Notes under the pieces: generated by a model | The model's input: only the letters and a program-made list of their open reading frames with translations | Database searches by the model: none | What the model was told of the DNA's origin: nothing | Part shown: positions 26,201-38,700 of the stretch, piece by piece | How positions within the stretch are numbered: the stretch's first letter is position 1 | Layout of the letters: each line of letters opens with the position of its first letter | Source of the DNA: Eledone cirrhosa | Taxonomy: Eukaryota | Direction: 5' to 3' | DNA: 64,000 nucleotides | Assembly: GCA_964016885.1 (NCBI GenBank) | Contig: OZ024758.1 | Span: 35,836,001-35,900,000 of the forward strand | Made by a program: the position numbers and the translations under genes

Positions 26201-29200
26201 TCATTTAAGTCATGGTATTAGCTGTCAGAAGTAACTCCACTGTTGGTGAGAATTCATTTAAGTTCATGGTATTAGCTGTCAGAAGTAACTCCGCTGTTGG
26301 TGAGAATTCATTTAAGTTCATGGTACTAGCTGTCAGAAGTAACTCCAATGTTGGTGAGAATTCATTTAAGTTCATGGTATTAGCTGTCAGAAGTAACTCC
26401 ACTGTTGCTGAGAATTCATTTAAGTTCATGGTATTAGCTGTCAGAAGTAACTCCACTGTTGGTGAGAATTCATTTAAGTTCATGGTACTAGCTGTCAGAA
26501 GTAACTCCACTGTTGGTGAGAATTCATTTAAGTTCATGGTATTAGCTGTCAGAAGTCACTCCAATGTTGGTGAGAATTCATTTAGGTTCATGGTATTAGC
26601 TGTCAGAAGTCACTCCACTGTTGGTGAGAATTCATTTAAGTTCATGGTACTAGCTGGCAGAAGTAACCCCAATGTTGGTGAGAATTCATTTAAGTTCATG
26701 GTATTAGCTGTCAGAAGTCACTCCAATGTTGGTGAGAATTCATTTAAGTTCATGGTATTAGCTGTCAGAAGTAACTCCACTGTTGGTGAGAATTCATTTA
26801 AGTTCATGGTATTAGCTGTCAGAAGTAACTCCACTGTTGGTGAGAATTCATTTAAGTTCATGGTACTAGCTGTCAGAAGTAACTCCACTGTTGGTGAGAA
26901 TTCATTTAAGTTCATGGTATTAGTTTGTCAGAAGTAACTCCACTGTTGGTGAGAATTCATTTAAGTCATGGTATTAGTTGTCAGAAGTAACTCCAATGTT
27001 GGTGAGAATTCATTTAAGTTCATGGTACTAGCTGTCAGAAGTAAATCCACTGTTGGTGAGAATTCATTTAAGTTCATGGTATTAGCTGTCAGAAGTAACT
27101 CCACTGTTGGTGAGAATTCATTTAAGTCATGGTATTAGCTGTCAGAAGTAACTCCAATGTTGGTGAGAATTCATTTAAGTCATGGTACTAGCTGTCAGAA
27201 GTAACTCCAATGTTGGTGAGAATTCATTTAAGTTCATTGTATTAGCTGTCAGAAGTAACTCCACTGTTGGTGAGAATTCGTTTAAGTTCATGGTATTAGC
27301 TGTCAGAAGTAACTCCACTGTTGGTGAGAATTCATTTAAGTTCATGGTATTAGCTGTCAGAAGTAACTCCACTGTTGGTGAGAATTCATTTAAGTTCATG
27401 GTATTAGCTGTCAGAAGTAACTCCACTGTTGGTGAGAATTCATTTAAGTTCATGGTATTAGCTGTCAGAAGGAACTCCAATGTTGGTGAGAATTCATTTA
27501 AGTCATGGTACTAGCTGTCAGAAGTAACTCCACTGTTGGTGAGAATTCATTTAAGTTCATGGTATTAGCTGTCAGAAGGAACGCCACTGTTGGTGAGAAT
27601 TCATTTAAGTTCATGGTATTAGCTGTCAGAAGTAACTCCACTGTTGGTGAGAATTCATTTAAGTTCATGGTACTAGCTGTCAGAAGTAACTCCAATGTTG
27701 GTGAGAATTCATTTAAGTTCATGGTATTAGCTGTCAGAAGGAACTCCACTGTTGCTGAGAATTCATTTAAGTTCATGGTATTAGCTGTCAGAAGTAACTC
27801 CACTGTTGGTGAGAATTCATTTAAGTTCATGGTACTAGCTGTCAGAAGTAACTCCACTGTTGGTGAGAATTCATTTAAGTTCATGGTATTAGCTGTCAGA
27901 AGTCACTCCAATGTTGGTGAGAATTCATTTAGGTTCATGGTATTAGCTGTCAGAAGTCACTCCACTGTTGGTGAGAATTCATTTAAGTTCATGGTACTAG
28001 CTGGCAGAAGTAACCCCAATGTTGGTGAGAATTCATTTAAGTTCATGGTATTAGCTGTCAGAAGTCACTCCAATGTTGGTGAGAATTCATTTAAGTTCAT
28101 GGTATTAGCTGTCAGAAGTAACTCCACTGTTGGTGAGAATTCATTTATGTTCATGGTATTAGTTTGTCAGAAGTAACTCCACTGTTGGTGAGAATTCATT
28201 TAAGTCATGGTATTAGTTGTCAGAAGTAACTCCAATGTTGGTGAGAATTCATTTAAGTTCATGGTATTAGCTGTCAGAAGGAACTCCACTGTTGGTGAGA
28301 ATTCATTTAAGTTCATGGTATTAGCTGTCAGAAGGAACTCCAATGTTGGTGAGAATTCATTTAAGTCATGGTACTAGCTGTCAGAAGTAACTCCACTGTT
28401 GGTGAGAATTCATTTACGTTCATGGTATTAGCTGTCAGAAGGAACGCCACTGTTGGTGAGAATTCATTTAAGTTCATGGTATTAGCTGTCAGAAGTAACT
28501 CCACTGTTGGTGAGAATTCATTTAAGTTCATGGTACTAGCTGTCAGAAGTAACTCCAATGTTGGTGAGAATTCATTTAAGTTCATGGTATTAGCTGTCAG
28601 AAGGAACTCCACTGTTGGTGAGAATTCATTTAAGTTCATGGTATTAGCTGTCAGAAGTAACTCCACTGTTGGTGAGAATTCATTTAAGTCATGGTATTAG
28701 CTGTCAGAAGTAACTCCATTGTTGGTGAGAATTCAATTAAGTCATGGTACTAGCTGTCAGAAGTAACTCCAATGTTGGTGAGAATTCATTTAAGTTCATG
28801 TTATTAGCTGTCAGAAGGAACTCCACTGTTGGTGAGAATTCATTTAAGTTCATGGTATTAGCTGTCAGAAGTAACTCCACTGTTGGTGAGAATTCATTTA
28901 AGTTCATGGTATTAGCTGTCAGAAGTAACTGCACCGTTGGTGAGAATTCATTTAAGTTCATGGTACTAGCTGTCAGAAGTAACTCCAATGTTGGTGAGAA
29001 TTCATTTAAGTTCATGGTATTAGCTGTCAGAAGTAACTCCACTGTTGGTGAGAATTCATTTAAGTTCATGGTATTAGCTGTCAGAAGTAACTCCACTGTT
29101 GGTGAGAATTCATTTAAGTTCATGGTATTAGCTGTCAGAAGTAACTCCACTGTTGGTGAGAATTCATTTAAGTTCATGGTATTAGCTGTCAGAAGTAACT

Positions 29201-29740
29201 CCACTGTTGGTGAGAATTCATTTAAGTTCATGGTACTAGCTGTCAGAAGTAACTCCAATGTTGGTGAGAATTCATTTAAGTTCATGGTATTAGCTGTCAG
29301 AAGTAACTCCACTGTTGGTGAGAATTCATTTAAGTCATGGTATTAGCTGTCAGAAGTAACTCCACTGTTGGTGAGAATTCATTTAAGTTCATGGTATTAG
29401 CTGTCAGAAGTAACTCCGCTGTTGGTGAGAATTCATTTAAGTTCATGGTACTAGCTGTCAGAAGTAACTCCAATGTTGGTGAGAATTCATTTAAGTTCAT
29501 GGTATTAGCTGTCAGAAGTAACTCCACTGTTGGTGAGAATTCATTTAAGTCATGGTATTAGCTGTCAGAAGTAACTCCACTGTTGGTGAGAATTCATTTA
29601 AGTTCATGGTATTAGCTGTCAGAAGTAACTCCACTGTTGGTGAGAATTCATTTAAGTTCATGGTATTAGCTGTCAGAAGTAACTCCACTGTTGGTGAGAA
29701 TTCATTTAAGTTCATGGTATTAGTTTGTCAGAAGTAACTC
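14221..29740. repeat. Satellite sub-domain II (nested 1,347 / 2,909 / 3,286 / ~5,000-5,172 bp higher-order repeats)
   Basis: Diagnostic variants: TTCATTGTAT (~14520, 15868, 17430, 18777, 22602, 23949, 27235), GAATGCAT (~15369, 18278, 23450), CTCCGCTG (~21118, 21333, 26074, 26289, 29414), TTTACGTT (~17046, 19955, 20224, 22218, 25127, 28413). ORF offsets: 1347 (14461/15808), 2909 (14461/17370), 5172 (17370/22542), 4956 (20495/25451), 3286 (23889/27175). Confidence 0.85.
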
Positions 29741-32700
29741 CACTGTTGGTGAGAATTCATTTAAGTCATGGTATTAGTTGTCAGAAGTAACTCCAATGTT
29801 GGTGAGAATTCATTTAAGTTCATGGTACTAGCTGTCAGAAATAACTCCACTGTTGGTGAGAATTCATTTAAGTTCGTGGTAATAGCTGTCAGAAGTAACT
29901 CCACTGTTGGTGAGAATTCATTTAAGTCATGGTATTAGCTGTCAGAAGTAACTCAAATGTTGGTGAGAATTCATTTAAATCATGGTACTAGCTGTCAGAA
30001 GTAACTCCAATGTTGGTGAGAATTCATTTAAGTTCATGGTATTAGCTGTCAGAAGTAACTCCACTGTTGGTGAGAATTCATTTAAGTTCATGGTATTAGC
30101 TGTCAGAAGTAACTCCACTGTTGGTGAGAATTCATTTAAGTCATGGTATTAGCTGTCAGAAGTAACTCCAATGTTGGTGAGAATTCATTTAAGTTCATGG
30201 TATTAGCTGTCAGAAGTCACTCCACTGTTGGTGAGAATTCATTTAAGTTCATGGTACTAGCTGTCAGAAGTAACCCCAATGTTGGTGAGAATTCATTTAA
30301 GTTCATGGTATTAGCTGTCAGAAGTCACTCCAATGTTGGTGAGAATTCATTTAAGTTCATGGTATTAGCTGTCAGAAGTAACTCCACTGTTGGTGAGAAT
30401 TCATTTAAGTTCATGGTATTAGCTGTCAGAAGGAACGCCACTGTTGGTGAGAATTCATTTAAGTTCATGGTATTAGCTGTCAGAAGTAACTCCACTGTTG
30501 GTGAGAATTCATTTAAGTTCATGCTACTAGCTGTCAGAAGTAACTCCTATGTTGGTGAGAATTCATTTAAGTTCATGGTATTAGCTGTCAGAAGGAACTC
30601 CACTGTTGCTGAGAATTCATTTAAGTTCATGGTATTAGCTGTCAGAAGTAACTCCACTGTTGGTGATAATTCATTTAAGTTCATGGTGCTAGCTGTCAGA
30701 AGTAACTCCACTGTTGGTGAGAATTCATTTAAGTTCATGGTACTAGCTGTCAGAAATAACTCCACTGTTGGTGAGAATTCATTTAAGTTCGTGGTAATAG
30801 CTGTCAGAAGTAACTCCACTGTTGGTGAGAATTCATTTAAGTCATGGTATTAGCTGTCAGAAGTAACTCAAATGTTGGTGAGAATTCATTTAAGTCATGG
30901 TACTAGCTGTCAGAAGTAACTCCAATGTTGGTGAGAATTCATTTAAGTTCATGGTATTAGCTGTCAGAAGTAACTCCACTGTTGGTGAGAATTCATTTAA
31001 GTTCATGGTATTAGCTGTCAGAAGTAACTCCACTGTTGGTGAGAATTCATTTAAGTCATGGTATTAGCTGTCAGAAGTAACTCCAATGTTGGTGAGAATT
31101 CATTTAAGTTCATGGTATTAGCTGTCAGAAGTCACTCCACTGTTGGTGAGAATTCATTTAAGTTCATGGTACTAGCTGTCAGAAGTAACCCCAATGTTGG
31201 TGAGAATTCATTTAAGTTCATGGTATTAGCTGTCAGAAGTCACTCCAATGTTGGTGAGAATTCATTTAAGTTCATGGTATTAGCTGTCAGAAGTAACTCC
31301 ACTGTTGGTGAGAATTCATTTAAGTTCATGGTATTAGCTGTCAGAAGGAACGCCACTGTTGGTGAGAATTCATTTAAGTTCATGGTATTAGCTGTCAGAA
31401 GTAACTCCACTGTTGGTGAGAATTCATTTAAGTTCATGCTACTAGCTGTCAGAAGTATCTCCTATGTTGGTGAGAATTCATTTAAGTTCATGGTATTAGC
31501 TGTCAGAAGGAACTCCACTGTTGCTGAGAATTCATTTAAGTTCATGGTATTAGCTGTCAGAAATAACTCCACTGTTGGTGATAATTCATTTAAGTTCATG
31601 GTGCTAGCTGTCAGAAGTAACTCCACTGTTGGTGAGAATTCATTTAAGTTCATGGTATTAGCTGTCAGAAGTAACTCCACTGTTGGTGAGAATTCATTTA
31701 AGTTCATGGTATTAGCTGACAGAAGTCACTCCACTGTTGGTGAGAATTCATTTAAGTTCATGGTACTAGCTGTCAGAAGTAACTCCAATGTTGGTGAGAA
31801 TTCATTTAAATTCATGGTATTAGCTGTCAGAAGTAACTCCACTGTTGGTGAGAATTCATTTAAGTTCATGGTATTAGCTGTCAGAAGTAACTCCACTGTT
31901 GGTGAGAATTCATTTAAGTTCATGGTATTAGCTGTCAGAAGTAACTCCACTGTTGGTGAGAATTCATTTAAGTTCATGGTACTAGCTGTCAGAAGTAACT
32001 CCAATGTTGGTGAGAATTCATTTAAGTTCATGGTATTAGCTGTCAGAAGTAACTCCACTGTTGGTGAGAATTCATTTAAGTCATGGTATTAGCTGTCAGA
32101 AGTAACTCCACTGTTGGTGAGAATTCATTTAAGTCATGGTATTAGCTGTCAGAAGTAACTCCAATGTTGGTGAGAATTCATTTAAGTTCATGGTATTAGC
32201 TGTCAGAAGTCACTCCACTGTTGGTGAGAATTCATTTAAGTTCATGGTACTAGCTGTCAGAAGTAACCCCAATGTTGGTGAGAATTCATTTAAGTTCATG
32301 GTATTAGCTGTCAGAAGTCACTCCAATGTTGGTGAGAATTCATTTAAGTTCATGGTATTAGCTGTCAGAAGTAACTCCACTGTTGGTGAGAATTCATTTA
32401 AGTTCATGGTATTAGCTGTCAGAAGGAACGCCACTGTTGGTGAGAATTCATTTAAGTTCATGGTATTAGCTGTCAGAAGTAACTCCACTGTTGGTGAGAA
32501 TTCATTTAAGTTCATGCTACTAGCTGTCAGAAGTAACTCCTATGTTGGTGAGAATTCATTTAAGTTCATGGTATTAGCTGTCAGAAGGAACTCCACTGTT
32601 GCTGAGAATTCATTTAAGTTCATGGTATTAGCTGTCAGAAGTAACTCCACTGTTGGTGATAATTCATTTAAGTTCATGGTGCTAGCTGTCAGAAGTAACT

Positions 32701-35700
32701 CCACTGTTGGTGAGAATTCATTTAAGTTCATGGTATTAGCTGTCAGAAGTAACTCCACTGTTGGTGAGAATTCATTTAAGTTCATGGTATTAGCTGACAG
32801 AAGTCACTCCACTGTTGGTGAGAATTCATTTAAGTTCATGGTACTAGCTGTCAGAAGTAACTCCAATGTTGGTGAGAATTCATTTAAATTCATGGTATTA
32901 GCTGTCAGAAGTAACTCCACTGTTGGTGAGAATTCATTTAAGTTCATGGTATTAGCTGTCAGAAGTAACTCCACTGTTGGTGAGAATTCATTTAAGTTCA
33001 TGGTATTAGCTGTCAGAAGTAACTCCACTGTTGGTGAGAATTCATTTAAGTTCATGGTACTAGCTGTCAGAAGTAACTCCAATGTTGGTGAGAATTCATT
33101 TAAGTTCATGGTATTAGCTGTCAGAAGTAACTCCACTGTTGGTGAGAATTCATTTAAGTCATGGTATTAGCTGTCAGAAGTAACTCCACTGTTGGTGAGA
33201 ATTCATTTAAGTTCATGGTACTAGCTGTCAGAAGTAACTCCACTGTTGGTGAGAATTCATTTAAGTTCATGGTATTAGCTGTCAGAAGTAACTCCACTGT
33301 TGGTGAGAATTCATTTAAGTTCATGGTACTAGCTGTCAGAAGTAACTCCAATGTTGGTGAGAATTCATTTAAGTTCATGGTATTAGCTGTCAGAAGTAAC
33401 TCCACTGTTGGTGAGAATTCATTTAAGTTCATGGTATTAGCTGTCAGAAGTAACTCCACTGTTGGTGAGAATTCATTTAAGTCATGGTATTAGCTGTCAG
33501 AAGTAACTCCAATGTTGGTGAGAATTCATTTAAGTCATGGTACTAGCTGTCAGAAGTAACTCCAATGTTGGTGAGAATTCATTTAAGTTCATGGTATTAG
33601 CTGTCAGAAGTAACTCCACTGTTGGTGAGAATTCATTTAAGTTCATGGTATTAGCTGTCAGAAGTAACTCCACTGTTGGTGAGAATTCATTTAAGTTCAT
33701 GGTACTAGCTGTCAGAAGTAACTCCACTGTTGGTGAGAATTCATTTAAGTTCATGGTATTAGTTTGTCAGAAGTAACTCCACTGTTGGTGAGAATTCATT
33801 TAAGTCATGGTATTAGTTGTCAGAAGTAACTCCAATGTTGGTGAGAATTCATTTAAGTTCATGGTATTAGCTGTCAGAAGGAACTCCACCGTTGGTGAGA
33901 ATTCATTTAAGTTCATGGTATTAGCTGTCAGAAGGAACTCCAATGTTGGTGAGAATTCATTTAAGTCATGGTACTAGCTGTCAGAAGTAACTCCACTGTT
34001 GGTGAGAATTCATTTAAGTTCATGGTATTAGCTGTCAGAAGGAACGCCACTGTTGGTGAGAATTCATTTAAGTTCATGGTATTAGCTGTCAGAAGTAACT
34101 CCACTGTTGGTGAGAATTCATTTGAGTTCATGGTACTAGCTGTCAGAAGTAACTCCAATGTTGGTGAGAATTCATTTAAGTTCATGGTATTAGCTGTCAG
34201 AAGTCACTCCACTGTTGGTGAGAATTCATTTAAGTTCATGGTACTAGCTGTCAGAAGTAACCCCAATGTTGGTGAGAATTCATTTAAGTTCATGGTATTA
34301 GCTGTCAGAAGTCACTCCAATGTTGGTGAGAATTCATTTAAGTTCATGGTATTAGCTGTCAGAAGTAACTCCACTGTTGGTGAGAATTCATTTAAGTTCA
34401 TGGTATTAGCTGTCAGAAGGAACGCCACTGTTGGTGAGAATTCATTTAAGTTCATGGTATTAGCTGTCAGAAGTAACTCCACTGTTGGTGAGAATTCATT
34501 TAAGTTCATGCTACTAGCTGTCAGAAGTAACTCCTATGTTGGTGAGAATTCATTTAAGTTCATGGTATTAGCTGTCAGAAGGAACTCCACTGTTGCTGAG
34601 AATTCATTTAAGTTCATGGTATTAGCTGTCAGAAGTAACTCCACTGTTGGTGATAATTCATTTAAGTTCATGGTGCTAGCTGTCAGAAGTAACTCCACTG
34701 TTGGTGAGAATTCATTTAAGTTCATGGTATTAGCTGTCAGAAGTAACTCCACTGTTGGTGAGAATTCATTTAAGTTCATGGTATTAGCTGACAGAAGTCA
34801 CTCCACTGTTGGTGAGAATTCATTTAAGTTCATGGTACTAGCTGTCAGAAGTAACTCCAATGTTGGTGAGAATTCATTTAAATTCATGGTATTAGCTGTC
34901 AGAAGTAACTCCACTGTTGGTGAGAATTCATTTAAGTTCATGGTATTAGCTGTCAGAAGTAACTCCACTGTTGGTGAGAATTCATTTAAGTTCATGGTAT
35001 TAGCTGTCAGAAGTAACTCCACTGTTGGTGAGAATTCATTTAAGTTCATGGTACTAGCTGTCAGAAGTAACTCCAATGTTGGTGAGAATTCATTTAAGTT
35101 CATGGTATTAGCTGTCAGAAGTAACTCCACTGTTGGTGAGAATTCATTTAAGTCATGGTATTAGCTGTCAGAAGTAACTCCACTGTTGGTGAGAATTCAT
35201 TTAAGTTCATGGTACTAGCTGTCAGAAGTAACTCCACTGTTGGTGAGAATTCATTTAAGTTCATGGTATTAGCTGTCAGAAGTAACTCCACTGTTGGTGA
35301 GAATTCATTTAAGTTCATGGTACTAGCTGTCAGAAGTAACTCCAATGTTGGTGAGAATTCATTTAAGTTCATGGTATTAGCTGTCAGAAGTAACTCCACT
35401 GTTGGTGAGAATTCATTTAAGTTCATGGTATTAGCTGTCAGAAGTAACTCCACTGTTGGTGAGAATTCATTTAAGTCATGGTATTAGCTGTCAGAAGTAA
35501 CTCTAATGTTGGTGAGAATTCATTTAAGTCATGGTACTAGCTGTCAGAAGTAACTCCAATGTTGGTGAGAATTCATTTAAGTTCATGGTATTAGCTGTCA
35601 GAAGTAACTCCACTGTTGGTGAGAATTCATTTAAGTTCATGGTATTAGCTGTCAGAAGTAACTCCACTGTTGGTGAGAATTCATTTAAGTTCATGGTACT

Positions 35701-38700
35701 AGCTGTCAGAAGTAACTCCAATGTTGGTGAGAATTCATTTAAGTTCATGGTACTAGCTGTCAGAAGTAACTCCACTGTTGGTGAGAATTCATTTAAGTTC
35801 ATGGTATTAGTTTGTCAGAAGTAACTCCACTGTTGGTGAGAATTCATTTAAGTCATGGTATTAGTTGTCAGAAGTAACTCCAATGTTGGTGAGAATTCAT
35901 TTAAGTTCATGGTATTAGCTGTCAGAAGGAACTCCACTGTTGGTGAGAATTCATTTAAGTTCATGGTATTAGCTGTCAGAAGGAACTCCAATGTTGGTGA
36001 GAATTCATTTAAGTCATGGTACTAGCTGTCAGAAGTAACTCCACTGTTGGTGAGAATTCATTTAAGTTCATGGTATTAGCTGTCAGAAGTAACTCCACTG
36101 TTGGTGAGAATTCATTTAAGTTCATGGTACTAGCTGTCAGAAGTAACTCCAATGTTGGTGAGAATTCATTTAAGTTCATGGTATTAGCTGTCAGAAGGAA
36201 CTCCACTGTTGGTGAGAATTCATTTAAGTTCATGGTATTAGCTGTCAGAAGTAACTCCACTGTTGGTGAGAATTCATTTAAGTCATGGTATTAGCTGTTA
36301 GAAGTAACTCCATTGTTGGTGAGAATTCATTTATGTCATGGTACTAGCTGTCAGAAGTAACTCCAATGTTGGTGAGAATTCATTTAAGTCATGGTACTAG
36401 CTGTCAGAAGTAACTCCAATGTTGGTGAGAATTCATTTAAGTTCATGTTATTAGCTGTCAGAAGGAACTCCACTGTTGGTGAGAATTCATTTAAGTTCAT
36501 GGTATTAGCTGTCAGAAGTAACTCCACTGTTGGTGAGAATTCATTTAAGTTCATGGTATTAGCTGTCAGAAGTAACTCCACTGTTGGTGAGAATTCAGTT
36601 AAGCCATGGTATTAGCTGTCAGAAGTAATTCCAATGTTGGTGAGAATTCATTTAAGTTCATGGTATTAGCTGTCAGAAGTAACTCCACTGTTGGTGAGAA
36701 TTCATTTAAGTTCATGGTATTAGCTGTCAGAAGTAACTCCACTGTTGGTGAGAATTCATTTAAGTTCATGGTACTAGCTGTCAGAAGTAACTCCACTGTT
36801 GGTGAGAATTCATTTAAGTTCATGGTATTAGTTTGTCAGAAGTAACTCCACTGTTGGTGAGAATTCATTTAAGTCATGGTATTAGCTGTCAGAAGTAACT
36901 CCAATGTTGGTGAGAATTCATTTAAGTCATGGTACTAGCTGTCAGAAGTAACTCCAATGTTGGTGAGAATTCATTTAAGTTCATGGTATTAGCTGTCAGA
37001 AGTAACTCCACTGTTGGTGAGAATTCGTTTAAGTTCATGGTATTAGCTGTCAGAAGTAACTCCACTGTTGGTGAGAATTCATTTAAGTTCATGGTATTAG
37101 CTGTCAGATGTAACTCCACTGTTGGTGAGAATTCATTTAAGTTCATGGTATTAGCTGTCAGAAGTAACTCCACTGTTGGTGAGAATTCATTTAAGTTCAT
37201 GGTATTAGCTGTCAGAAGTAACTCCACTGTTGGTGAGAATTCATTTAAGTTCATGGTACTAGCTGTCAGAAGTAACTCCAATGTTGGTGAGAATTCATTT
37301 AAGTTCATGGTATTAGCTGTCAGAAGTAACTCCACTGTTGGTGAGAATTCATTTAAGTCATGGTATTAGCTGTCAGAAGTAACTCCACTGTTGGTGAGAA
37401 TTCATTTAAGTTCATGGTATTAGCTGTCAGAAGTAACTCCACTGTTGGTGAGAATTCATTTAAGTTCATGGTACTAGCTGTCAGAAGTAACTCCAATGTT
37501 GGTGAGAATTCATTTAAGTTCATGGTATTAGCTGTCAGAAGTAACTCCACTGTTGGTGAGAATTCATTTAAGTCATGGTATTAGCTGTCAGAAGTAACTC
37601 CACTGTTGGTGAGAATTCATTTAAGTTCATGGTATTAGCTGTCAGAAGTAACTCCACTGTTGGTGAGAATTCATTTAAGTTCATGGTATTAGCTGTCAGA
37701 AGTAACTCCACTGTTGGTGAGAATTCATTTAAGTTCATGGTATTAGTTTGTCAGAAGTAACTCCACTGTTGGTGAGAATTCATTTAAGTCATGGTATTAG
37801 TTGTCAGAAGTAACTCCAATGTTGGTGAGAATTCATTTAAGTTCATGGTACTAGCTGTCAGAAATAACTCCACTGTTGGTGAGAATTCATTTAAGTTCAT
37901 GGTAATAGCTGTCAGAAGTAACTCCACTGTTGGTGAGAATTCATTTAAGTCATGGTATTAGCTGTCAGAAGTAACTCCAATGTTGGTGAGAATTCATTTA
38001 AGTCATGGTACTAGCTGTCAGAAGTAACTCCAATGTTGGTGAGAATTCATTTAAGTTCATGGTATTAGCTGTCAGAAGTAACTCCACTGTTGGTGAGAAT
38101 TCATTTAAGTTCATGGTATTAGCTGTCAGAAGTAACTCCACTGTTGGTGAGAATTCATTTAAGTCATGGTATTAGCTGTCAGAAGTAACTCCAATGTTGG
38201 TGAGAATTCATTTAAGTTCATGGTATTAGCTGTCAGAAGTCACTCCACTGTTGGTGAGAATTCATTTAAGTTCATGGTACTAGCTGTCAGAAATAACTCC
38301 ACTGTTGGTGAGAATTCATTTAAGTTCGTGGTAATAGCTGTCAGAAGTAACTCCACTGTTGGTGAGAATTCATTTAAGTCATGGTATTAGCTGTCAGAAG
38401 TAACTCAAATGTTGGTGAGAATTCATTTAAGTCATGGTACTAGCTGTCAGAAGTAACTCCAATGTTGGTGAGAATTCATTTAAGTTCATGGTATTAGCTG
38501 TCAGAAGTAACTCCACTGTTGGTGAGAATTCATTTAGGTTCATGGTATTAGCTGTCAGAAGTAACTCCACTGTTGGTGAGAATTCATTTAAGTCATGGTA
38601 TTAGCTGTCAGAAGTAACTCCAATGTTGGTGAGAATTCATTTAAGTTCATGGTATTAGCTGTCAGAAGTCACTCCACTGTTGGTGAGAATTCATTTAAGT

